Counted from the stretch's first letter, positions 10,337 to 17,931 are shown. The stretch: 43,323 nucleotides of DNA from Thiotrichales bacterium (GCA_012961935.1 DTYI01000133.1:1-43323), one strand, 5' to 3'. The notes: generated by a model not told the origin, from the letters alone. Program-made: numbers and translations.

Positions 10337-10350
10337 TTGATAACGGTCAA
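10337..10350. promoter_or_regulatory. FNR/CRP-family binding box
   Basis: TTGAT-AACG-GTCAA is 1 mismatch from TTGAT-N4-ATCAA. A -10-like TATTGT at 10373-10378 fits class II (-41.5) geometry. Confidence 0.6.
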
Positions 10351-10356
10351 TGTTAG

Positions 10357-10392
10357 TTATTAACCCGACATATATTGTTGCCGGGTTAATAA
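10357..10392. promoter_or_regulatory. Perfect 11-bp inverted repeat overlapping the predicted cytochrome promoter
   Basis: TTATTAACCCG-N14-CGGGTTAATAA. Confidence 0.5.
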
Positions 10393-10473
10393 ATGTGGTT
10401 GAATTATCCTCACGCATTTGATCGAACAGCATGTTAGAATATTTAGATATACATTATTAAGGTGGAAATACGG

Positions 10474-10890
10474 ATGAAAAAATTGCTAACTGCAACACTT
10501 ATCATTGGCGGCGCTATGCTGGTAGCGCATGGTTGCACTAAAAAAGAAGAACCAGTTGTTAAGACGGTCAGCTTTTCTAAAGATATCGCACCGATATTGA
10601 CAGCAAACTGTCTGGAGTGTCACAAACCAGCGGGTACCGGGCATATCGCCAGTGGTTTGATGCTTTCATCCGAATCTGCGCCTGATGTGCTTTCCTACGA
10701 GGGGCTAATGAAGGGCACCAAGTATGGCCCGATTGTGATCGCCGGCAATTCTCTGGGTAGCGCCCTGAATATGCTGGTCGAAGGCAGGGCTGACCCTTCA
10801 ATCAGGATGCCGCATGGCAAAGATCCGTTGACAGATGCGGAGCTGGAACTGCTGAAACTCTGGGTAGATCAGGGTGCAAAAAACAATTAA
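10474..10890 (+). CDS. Monohaem c-type cytochrome lipoprotein (planctomycete cytochrome c-like domain)
   Basis: Probable lipoprotein signal (MKKLL...LVAHGC), VSFSKDIAPIL..NCLECH, distal RMP methionine and terminal WVDQGA, typical of PSCyt1-like domains. Confidence 0.8.
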   Translation: MKKLLTATLIIGGAMLVAHGCTKKEEPVVKTVSFSKDIAPILTANCLECHKPAGTGHIASGLMLSSESAPDVLSYEGLMKGTKYGPIVIAGNSLGSALNMLVEGRADPSIRMPHGKDPLTDAELELLKLWVDQGAKNN

Positions 10891-10908
10891 AGCAACAATT
10901 TCACTGAT

Positions 10909-10938
10909 AAAAAAGGCTGTCATCTGACAGCCTTTTTT
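10909..10938. terminator. Bidirectional intrinsic terminator
   Basis: AAAAAAGGCTGTCA-TC-TGACAGCCTTTTTT between convergent genes. Confidence 0.9.
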
Positions 10939-10946
10939 GTTGGTGC

Positions 10947-12131
10947 TTATCGTTTGGAATAATAATTTGCTATGTCCTGAATTTCAGATTCCATCAGGGG
11001 CAAAGACATTTTGTGCATGGTGCTCATGTCGCGGCCATCACCCTGATAAGCATGCAGTGCCCTGACAGTATAGTCAGCGCGCTGGTTGGCCAGGCGGGGA
11101 TATCCCGGACGTTCGCTCTTGCCATCCTCGCCGTGACAGCGATTACATTTCTCAGCCCAGGCTTCTGCGCTGAGAGCCTCGCGCGTGACTTCAGCCTCAC
11201 CACCTGCACCGGGGGCGTGTCGCGTATTGGATGCGTAGAAGGTGGCAATATTTTCAAGATCGGCGTCACTTAATGCAGCGACCATGCCGGGCATGACAGC
11301 GTTATCACGGCTTCCGTCCTTGTAGCTTTTCATGGCCTTGGCCAGATAAGTCGCATCCTGACCAGCCAGGCTTGGATTTGCGTTTGGGCTGCCGCTATTG
11401 CCGTCGGCTCCATGACAGCCTGCGCAGGTTGCGGCGGCGGCTTCGCCTGCAGTTGCATCGCCGCTGGCAGGCGTGGATGGATTTTCCAGTGGTTGTTCTG
11501 CATAAAATGTCGCGATGGCCTCAATATCCGCATCGCTCAACGCGGCAACCATGCCCGCCATAACGGGATCTTTGCGTTCCTGAGTTTTATAGGCCTTTGT
11601 TGCAGCCACCAGATAGTCTTTACTCAATGCCGCCAGGCTGGGTGTGCCGGGTAATGCACTGACGCCAGTTGCACCGTGACAGCCTGCACAGGCTGCCGCC
11701 GCTGCAGGTGCAGCAGCCTGTTCTGCTTCTGCTTGCTCAGGTTCTTCAGCCACTTTTACAGGCTCGGGATTGGTGTTGATGTCAGGCCCGGGCAGGCTGG
11801 CATAATAACCGGCGATATTGGCGATATCCTGCGCGTTGAGTTCTGCAAGGGCAGTTGCCATTACTTCATCCTTGCGTGTTTTGTCCTGATAGGCCTGCAT
11901 GGCGCTACGTAAATACTCAGCATGCTGACCCGCCAGGTGTGGCGTTTCAGCAGTGGAACTGATGCCATTTGAGTTATGGCAACCTGCACAGGCCTTGGCA
12001 GCGGCTTCACCTGCGGCGATATCAATTTTTATTTTGGGGGTCTCAGGTTGCGTCTCGGTCTGTTTTTCAGGCTCATTGCCACAGGCCGTCAGTAAAAATG
12101 CCAGTGATATGACGGGGAAAATAATTTTCAT
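10947..12131 (-). CDS. Tetrahaem cytochrome c4/c553-like lipoprotein
   Basis: Lipobox LTAC; CAGCH three times plus CNRCH, each followed by a P.LA.(Q/L)...Y segment and a distal Met; Ala/Pro/Glu linkers. Confidence 0.9.
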   Translation of the reverse strand: MKIIFPVISLAFLLTACGNEPEKQTETQPETPKIKIDIAAGEAAAKACAGCHNSNGISSTAETPHLAGQHAEYLRSAMQAYQDKTRKDEVMATALAELNAQDIANIAGYYASLPGPDINTNPEPVKVAEEPEQAEAEQAAAPAAAAACAGCHGATGVSALPGTPSLAALSKDYLVAATKAYKTQERKDPVMAGMVAALSDADIEAIATFYAEQPLENPSTPASGDATAGEAAAATCAGCHGADGNSGSPNANPSLAGQDATYLAKAMKSYKDGSRDNAVMPGMVAALSDADLENIATFYASNTRHAPGAGGEAEVTREALSAEAWAEKCNRCHGEDGKSERPGYPRLANQRADYTVRALHAYQGDGRDMSTMHKMSLPLMESEIQDIANYYSKR

Positions 12132-12232
12132 GGTTCAGTCCCAATATGTTTTCAATTAAGTTAAGAATCCCTGCAAGCTCGGTATAATCACTTCTACAGG
12201 GTGTATTTCACCTTATTCAGACGATGATGTTC

Positions 12233-12246
12233 TTGATTCACGTCAA
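12233..12246. promoter_or_regulatory. FNR/CRP-family binding box in the divergent promoter region
   Basis: TTGAT-TCAC-GTCAA has the same mismatch and similar 3' flank (TGYTA) as the box at 10337. AT-rich -10-like sequence at ~12268. Confidence 0.6.
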
Positions 12247-12389
12247 TGCTAAAGATGATGTATAGTATATAAATATGTTCTAATATAAAAGCTGGTGTCG
12301 GGAATGTGGTTTGGGGGCGTTCTTTTATCGAAATAAACGCTACGTGAATTGCATTCAGATCTGAAACAAAAAAATCCGGGATTATTTCA

Positions 12390-13154
12390 ATGACTCGAAC
12401 AAATCATCATCATTTTCTTGCCTTGCCTCTAAGTTTGCGGATGGTCTATACCATGACGCTGGTGGTGCTGGGCCTGGGCTATCTATTTGCCATGATCCAT
12501 ATTTTTTCATCACACGCAGGGCGTGATGGTAAAGCAAGCCTGTCAGTGCAGGATATCATGATCGCTTATAGCGGTAGTGAAAGCGATACGAAGCTCGAGT
12601 CCGCGCTTAAAGGACCGATGCAAAGTATGCTGCCACCAGCAGAATCCCATGAGATTATTGCATGGGTGCGTGCAGGTGCGGATCAGGCTGCTTACGAAAA
12701 AGATGTTGCGGGTATTGTAAAGAACCGCTGTCTGTCTTGCCACGATGGTAGCAATCCGCATATCCCCAATTTATCTGATATCTCCGGGGTGATGCCGCTG
12801 GTTGAGAAAGATACTGGAATGGATATTTTCACTCTGGTCAGGGTGTCGCACATCCACCTGTTTGGTATTACATTTATTTTCTTTATCACCAGTATCATTT
12901 ATACGCATGCTCATGTGCGCCCGCTGTGGTTTAAATGTATCGTAATTGTTGTACCTTTTCTGACGATTATTTTTGATATTTTGTCGTGGTACCTAACAAA
13001 AATGTGGACACCTTTTGCCTGGGTGGTGTTAATTAGTGGCGCCTTCATGGGACTGTCATTTGCGATTCAGGCTTTCACCTCGCTCTATCAGATGTGGCTA
13101 TATAAAATGCCACCAGACCTTGAAGAAAGCGGTGGGCAGTTACCTGTCTTGTAA
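12390..13154 (+). CDS. Integral membrane protein with one CxxCH haem-c site and a TM HxH motif
   Basis: N-terminal TM helix, soluble domain with CLSCH, then three hydrophobic helices, the first beginning VSHIHLFG. Confidence 0.75.
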   Translation: MTRTNHHHFLALPLSLRMVYTMTLVVLGLGYLFAMIHIFSSHAGRDGKASLSVQDIMIAYSGSESDTKLESALKGPMQSMLPPAESHEIIAWVRAGADQAAYEKDVAGIVKNRCLSCHDGSNPHIPNLSDISGVMPLVEKDTGMDIFTLVRVSHIHLFGITFIFFITSIIYTHAHVRPLWFKCIVIVVPFLTIIFDILSWYLTKMWTPFAWVVLISGAFMGLSFAIQAFTSLYQMWLYKMPPDLEESGGQLPVL

Positions 13155-13172
13155 AGAGAGAAACCCTCTCAC

Positions 13173-13202
13173 AAAAAAGGCGTCCTGGTGACGCCTTTTT
13201 TT
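13173..13202. terminator. Bidirectional intrinsic terminator
   Basis: AAAAAAGGCGTC-CTGGT-GACGCCTTTTTTT between convergent genes. Confidence 0.9.
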
Positions 13203-13577
13203 TTATTTTTTATGTGTGACACTGCAGGTTCGGTTTGCTGAATCACGGATTTCTTTACCCAGGGTGAAGGTATAAATCCAGAACAGAAACGGAGTGAGCA
13301 GAATCAGAAACAGGATAATCTTGCTGATGCCGGGAACCAATGCGGGCAGTGCCAGCGCAAACAACCAGGCTATCACTAATATCGATAGATACAGCACACA
13401 GTAGCCGGTTTTATAACAGGGGTTGACCTTTTTACTCCACAAAATATGAATAAAAGGAACGACCTGCGCGAGCAGAATCAGAACACTGATGAGTATGGGG
13501 TTGATATCCTCACTAGCCGCCGCACTTGCAGGGACAAGAAAGAGAACACCAGCGACTGACAGTAAAATACGCAACAT
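13203..13577 (-). CDS. Hypothetical membrane protein
   Basis: Signal-like N-terminus and three hydrophobic helices; AGG upstream of ATG; family not recognised. Confidence 0.55.
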   Translation of the reverse strand: MLRILLSVAGVLFLVPASAAASEDINPILISVLILLAQVVPFIHILWSKKVNPCYKTGYCVLYLSILVIAWLFALALPALVPGISKIILFLILLTPFLFWIYTFTLGKEIRDSANRTCSVTHKK

Positions 13578-13621
13578 CCTAAAAACTATAGATCATTCCT
13601 GGCCCTGTGAAAAATAAGTAT

Positions 13622-13697
13622 TTAAGGATACTCTGAATAGATCTGGTTGAATTTCAGCCAGCGTAAATCAATCACGACCTATTCAGAGTATCCTTAA
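13622..13697. mobile_element. 76-bp MITE-like element with perfect 19-bp terminal inverted repeats
   Basis: TTAAGGATACTCTGAATAG (13622-13640) and CTATTCAGAGTATCCTTAA (13679-13697), TTAA at both ends, plus an internal hairpin CTGGTTGAA-T-TTCAGCCAG. Confidence 0.55.
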
Positions 13698-13704
13698 TTA
13701 ATAA

Positions 13705-14652
13705 CTACTTTTTCCCTTGTAATATTTCCCGGTAGCTGTGTTCGGCAAACATGGAATCAGACAGATACACGCTGGGTACGCGAATACAATTATTGAAAAC
13801 TTTCGGCCCGTGGATAAAAAGAATTTCGGGTTTGACGTGCACATGCGGCATACCACTTTGCGCCGCAGCCAGCGATTCAAATTCAACCATCACCAGATAT
13901 TGAGCGGGCAGGGTATAACCTTCCCAGACTTCAGCGGTGCGTTTGAGTTTACTGCCGGAACTGTCCTGCATGTCTTCCATGATCGATTCCACTGTGGCGT
14001 GCGCGCTGCCTAATGTGGACAGGCCAATCCGTTTCAGAATCTGGTAGCCGATGACGCCGCTGGTTTCTTTTAGCATATCCATTACCTGCACTTCGGCTTT
14101 TTCGAATTCTTCTTCCTTGCCGTGCTTGATAATGTGTTGCGCCATGACCGTCACCGTTTCGCCAGAATTCAGCGCATAACCGGATGTATCGCCGTTGTTT
14201 TCAAAGCCCATTTTCAGCATCTGATTTTTAGAAATAAGTTTGGGCAGGTCGCTTTTGACGATTCGGTAAACGGGTTCTTCCGGCCCGTCGAGTAGAACGT
14301 CGCCGCATTTTGCGCAGGTATCGACGACCACGTCCTCAAACGTCTCGTGGAAATTTTCGTGCGCTTCCCAACTGTCCCAATAGGTAATCTGGTCAATCCA
14401 GATGTGTGATAACGCCTGACGCATGTCTGAACTGGCGCCCCAGCGCATGCCCATGGGGCAGGCGCCCACCTGTTTCATTAAATCAAAGCCGCTAAAGCCT
14501 GGCGTCAAAGCAGTCGCCAGACACATTTTTGAACTGGCCTGTTTCATCATCTGCATCAGGTTCGGATCGTTCTCGACAAAAACCCGGTTGATGGCAACGT
14601 AAAGGGGAGATTTGGGTTCGCTGTCGAAGAGCTTCTTGAGTACATTAGGCAT
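13705..14652 (-). CDS. sor: Sulfur oxygenase reductase (SOR) family protein, divergent
   Basis: Aligns by eye with Acidianus SOR: YVAIN, KMC(44)..TA..PGF.GF, H98-x3-H102-x23-E126 (GPEEP) iron triad, C113-x2-C116, second-domain H....GKE..FE and QY.V.VE, and C-terminal YREIL. 315 aa. Confidence 0.85.
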   Translation of the reverse strand: MPNVLKKLFDSEPKSPLYVAINRVFVENDPNLMQMMKQASSKMCLATALTPGFSGFDLMKQVGACPMGMRWGASSDMRQALSHIWIDQITYWDSWEAHENFHETFEDVVVDTCAKCGDVLLDGPEEPVYRIVKSDLPKLISKNQMLKMGFENNGDTSGYALNSGETVTVMAQHIIKHGKEEEFEKAEVQVMDMLKETSGVIGYQILKRIGLSTLGSAHATVESIMEDMQDSSGSKLKRTAEVWEGYTLPAQYLVMVEFESLAAAQSGMPHVHVKPEILFIHGPKVFNNCIRVPSVYLSDSMFAEHSYREILQGKK

Positions 14653-14699
14653 GGGTTAATTTTCCTTATTGTTGATCAGGTTGGTGGTTCTATTCTAGC

Positions 14700-14741
14700 C
14701 CGCAAACTGCATAAAGACCCATGTTTTTATGCTGGTTGCGG
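14700..14741. promoter_or_regulatory. Imperfect 19-bp inverted repeat between amrS and sor (operator or terminator hairpin)
   Basis: CCGCAAACTGCATAAAGAC-CCAT-GTTTTTATGCTGGTTGCGG (16/19 paired). A minus-strand TAGAAT at 14692-14697 and an AAGGA RBS precede sor. Confidence 0.45.
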
Positions 14742-14743
14742 AT

Positions 14744-15847
14744 TTAGGCCATTTCACGGTGGATTCTGACCGGCATCCGTTTCGCGCCCCAATGACCCGG
14801 CTCGGCTTCGAATACGCCTGCGCAAGCCGTACCACATTCCGGGCAGCAGCCGTTTTCATCCAGATTCCAGGCGGTGATTGTGTACCAGTCGCGGCCGATC
14901 AGCTTATGGTTGCATTGATGACAATAAGTGCTTTCACCATCCTCATCGTGTACGTTGCCGGTATAGGCGTAGCGGACACCGTTTTTAATTGCAATCTCTC
15001 TTGCGCGTGTCAGTGTTTGCGGTGGTGTGGCTGGCGTATCCATCATTTTCCAGTCCGGGTGAAAGGCTGAAAAATGCATCGGCACATCCGGGCCGAGATT
15101 TTCAACCACCCACTTTGTCATGGCATCCAGTTCCTCGTCAGAATCGTTGTGTCCAGGAATAAGCAGGGTCGTTGTTTCCAGCCAGCAATCTGTTTCATGC
15201 TTGATATATTTTAAGGTATTCAGTACGGGCTCAAGGTGGCTGCCGGTGATTGACCAGTAGAAGTCTTCGGTAAATGCTTTTAGATCGACGTTCGCAGCAT
15301 CCATATATTTAAAAAATTCTGCCCGCGGTTCGGGGGAGATATAACCCGCCGTTACTGCAACTGATTTAATATTGCGCTCGTGGCAGGCAATGGCTGTATC
15401 AATCGCATACTCCATGAAAATAACCGGATCATTGTAAGTGAAAGCGATGCTTCGACAACCTAACTCCTGTGCTGTTTCTGCGAGTTTTTCTGGTGATGCC
15501 TGATCCATCAGCGTGTCCATTTCGCGGGACTTGCTCATATCCCAGTTCTGGCAAAACTTGCAGGCGAGGTTACAGCCCGCGGTGCCAAAGGAAAGCACGG
15601 ACGAACCCGGCAGAAAATGGTTGAGCGGTTTTTTTTCAATCGGATCAACGCAAAACCCACTGGAGCGCCCGTAGGACGTCAGAACAATTTCACCATTCTG
15701 GTTCGCGCGCACAAAACACAGGCCGCGTTGGCCTTCTTTTAACTTGCACTCGCGTGGACAAACATCGCATTGAACCCGGCCATCATCCAGCTTATGCCAG
15801 TATCGCGTTGGGTGTGTGTTTTCCAGCAGAATTTTTTCTGTATGCAT
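14744..15847 (-). CDS. amrS: AmmeMemoRadiSam system radical SAM enzyme
   Basis: N-terminal C..CPR.C...G.CFVR, DPIEKKPLNHF.PG, radical SAM CNLACKFC, TYNDP, NVDLK, HFSAFHP and C-terminal CxxC pairs. Confidence 0.93.
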   Translation of the reverse strand: MHTEKILLENTHPTRYWHKLDDGRVQCDVCPRECKLKEGQRGLCFVRANQNGEIVLTSYGRSSGFCVDPIEKKPLNHFLPGSSVLSFGTAGCNLACKFCQNWDMSKSREMDTLMDQASPEKLAETAQELGCRSIAFTYNDPVIFMEYAIDTAIACHERNIKSVAVTAGYISPEPRAEFFKYMDAANVDLKAFTEDFYWSITGSHLEPVLNTLKYIKHETDCWLETTTLLIPGHNDSDEELDAMTKWVVENLGPDVPMHFSAFHPDWKMMDTPATPPQTLTRAREIAIKNGVRYAYTGNVHDEDGESTYCHQCNHKLIGRDWYTITAWNLDENGCCPECGTACAGVFEAEPGHWGAKRMPVRIHREMA

Positions 15848-15918
15848 ACTTTAAATATATGCGTTATCGAGCAAATATCAATGCTTGAAAAAAAATTAAT
15901 ACAAGCCATAGTTAAGAT

Positions 15919-16710
15919 ATGGAAAATAGAATACGACAAGCGGCGGTGGCCGGGCTATTTTACCCGGCTGATCCCACCGCACTGTCCTCACAAATTGATG
16001 CGTTTTTAAATGCGGCCGAATGCAAAGAATCATCGCCCAAAGCAATGATTGTTCCGCACGCGGGTACGATTTATTCCGGCCCAGTCGCCGCAAGCGCTTA
16101 CGCGCAGCTAAAAAACATCGGCCATAAAATTAAGCGAGTTATTTTGCTTGGGCCAGCGCATCGAGTTGGTTTTCGTGGGCTGGCTGCACCCAGTCATCAA
16201 TATTTTGAAACGCCATTGGGGCAGATTGAAATCGATCTTGAAGCAGTAAAAAAAATTACAGAGAAATTCCCGCAGGTAATTCTGGATGATCGGCCGCATG
16301 CAGAAGAACATAGCCTGGAAGTTCAATTGCCTTTTTTACAGAAAACACTGGGAAATTTTAAACTGCTGCCACTGGTTGTCGGTCAGGCAACGGCAGATGA
16401 AGTCGCGGAAGTGATTCGTGAATACTGGGGCGGGCCGGAAACATTGGTTGTGATCAGTTCAGACCTGAGCCATTTTCATGATTATGCAACCGCAATAAAA
16501 CGGGATAGTAAAACTTCCGCAGCGATTGAAACGTTGCATGGTGAAATGATTGGCCCGGAAGACGCCTGCGGATTTTTACCCGTCCGTGGCCTGTTGAAAA
16601 TAGCGGAAGAAAAGAATTTAAAAGTGGAAACAATTGACCAGCGAAACTCAGGTGACACCGCTGGCGATAAAAATCGGGTCGTAGGTTATGGCGCTTATTT
16701 ATTTAACTGA
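15919..16710 (+). CDS. amrB: AmmeMemoRadiSam system protein B (MEMO1 family)
   Basis: RQAAVAGLFYP, PHAG..YSG, GPAH, EHSLEVQLPFLQ, SSDLSH, ACG, SGD, VVGY. Confidence 0.95.
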   Translation: MENRIRQAAVAGLFYPADPTALSSQIDAFLNAAECKESSPKAMIVPHAGTIYSGPVAASAYAQLKNIGHKIKRVILLGPAHRVGFRGLAAPSHQYFETPLGQIEIDLEAVKKITEKFPQVILDDRPHAEEHSLEVQLPFLQKTLGNFKLLPLVVGQATADEVAEVIREYWGGPETLVVISSDLSHFHDYATAIKRDSKTSAAIETLHGEMIGPEDACGFLPVRGLLKIAEEKNLKVETIDQRNSGDTAGDKNRVVGYGAYLFN

Positions 16711-17260
16711 CGAACAGCGCAGCCAGTTATTGCAGGTCGCACGAAAATCTATCCACGAGGGCTGTGAGAAAAACGCGCCTTTACCTGTTGATGTGAAAAA
16801 GTTTGAGGCGGCTTTACAAAACAAAGGCGCATCTTTCGTAACCTTGAAAATAGAAGAGGCATTGCGTGGTTGCATCGGCACACTGGAAGCCAGTCGGCCA
16901 TTAGTTCAGGACGTGTCGAGTCATGCTTTTGCCGCAGCTTTTACTGACCCAAGATTTTCGCCCGTCACCCGTGATGAACTGGAATTAATCACCATCAGCA
17001 TCTCCGTTCTGACACCCGCGGAAAAAATTGAATTCAAAGATGAGCTGGATTTGCTGGAAAAAATAAATCCCGGCGTCGATGGTTTGATTCTAGAAGCAGG
17101 CAGGTATCGAGGAACCTTCCTGCCAGCAGTCTGGAAATCGCTACCAGAAAAAATTGACTTTTTACAACAGCTAAAACGCAAAGCCGGGTTGCCGGAAAAT
17201 TATTGGTCAGAAGAGATTAGTGTTTCCCGATATCATACGGTCGAGTTTGCGGAATCATAA
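16688..17260 (+). CDS. amrA: AmmeMemoRadiSam system protein A (AMMECR1 family)
   Basis: FVTL, LRGCIG, AAF.DPRF, ISVL, TFLP.VW, KAG. Confidence 0.95.
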   Translation: MALIYLTDEQRSQLLQVARKSIHEGCEKNAPLPVDVKKFEAALQNKGASFVTLKIEEALRGCIGTLEASRPLVQDVSSHAFAAAFTDPRFSPVTRDELELITISISVLTPAEKIEFKDELDLLEKINPGVDGLILEAGRYRGTFLPAVWKSLPEKIDFLQQLKRKAGLPENYWSEEISVSRYHTVEFAES

Positions 17261-17584
17261 CTCTGGCTCTCGCAACCATACAGGTATATCACGCTGATTG
17301 TGAAGCATGCGCCAAACGTCAATATGGTCGTCACGCTCTACGTAAAACAGTAGGTAGGGATACTTTTTGATATGCCAAAATCGAAGATCGGGCAACCCAA
17401 GTTCACCTGCATAGCGAGGTGATCCAGATGCGGGGTGACGGCTAATGTGTCTGATGGCTTTCTCCAAAGCCGTGATGAAACCGTCGGCTGCATCAGGCGC
17501 ACCTTGCTCGAGATAGTAAGCTATTGCATCTGCAACGTCCTCTTGCGCTTGAGCACGCCGAAGGACAGGTTTTCCTGTTGTCAC
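17255..17584 (-). CDS. Type II toxin, RelE/ParE family
   Basis: AQEDV..AIAYY, HP.SGSPRY, YPYLLFY, VWRMLH..RDIP; GTGA overlap with the antitoxin. Confidence 0.88.
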   Translation of the reverse strand: MTTGKPVLRRAQAQEDVADAIAYYLEQGAPDAADGFITALEKAIRHISRHPASGSPRYAGELGLPDLRFWHIKKYPYLLFYVERDDHIDVWRMLHNQRDIPVWLREPEL

Positions 17585-17814
17585 GCTTTTTGTTGGGCAG
17601 ACTTGCGCAGCCTTTTGAAATAATCTGCATCGAAGTGTCCAACAGCTTCAGAGCCTGCCCCGGCAAGCAGCATCTCACGCAAGGCCGTACGATCCTGATC
17701 CTTCCGGATCAGCTCCCGCATGTACTCACTGCTGGTACTAAAACCACGCCGGTTAACCTGTTCATCCACAAAGGATTTTAGTGAATCTGGTAGAGAAATA
17801 TTCATTGTACTCAT
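17581..17814 (-). CDS. Type II antitoxin, ParD/CopG ribbon-helix-helix family
   Basis: MSTMNISLPDSLKSFVDEQV...SSEYMRELIRKDQDR. Confidence 0.9.
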   Translation of the reverse strand: MSTMNISLPDSLKSFVDEQVNRRGFSTSSEYMRELIRKDQDRTALREMLLAGAGSEAVGHFDADYFKRLRKSAQQKA

Positions 17815-17829
17815 ACCATGATACTAGCT

Positions 17830-17852
17830 GTTTTGACAAAAATTGGCAAAAC
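17830..17852. promoter_or_regulatory. Probable toxin-antitoxin autoregulatory operator
   Basis: GTTTTGACAA-AAA-TTGGCAAAAC palindrome (1 mismatch) just upstream of the antitoxin start. Confidence 0.6.
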
Positions 17853-17931
17853 TAACAGATTTTCGTCCCTACGCATCGGGGCAGTAAGCCCGTAAGTTGA
17901 ATAACGCAGGAACTATTGCCTGGAGTCCTGA

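Noticed and set aside
10947-12131. Calling the tetrahaem protein TsdA/TsdBA or SoxA
   Set aside because: There is no catalytic His/Cys-ligated haem: the only Cys outside CxxCH is the lipobox Cys, and all domains look His/Met c4-type.
17849-17903. Integron attC site next to the TA module (CTAAC...GTTGAAT)
   Set aside because: The R boxes are poorly complementary, there is no L-box pairing, and no integrase or second cassette is present.
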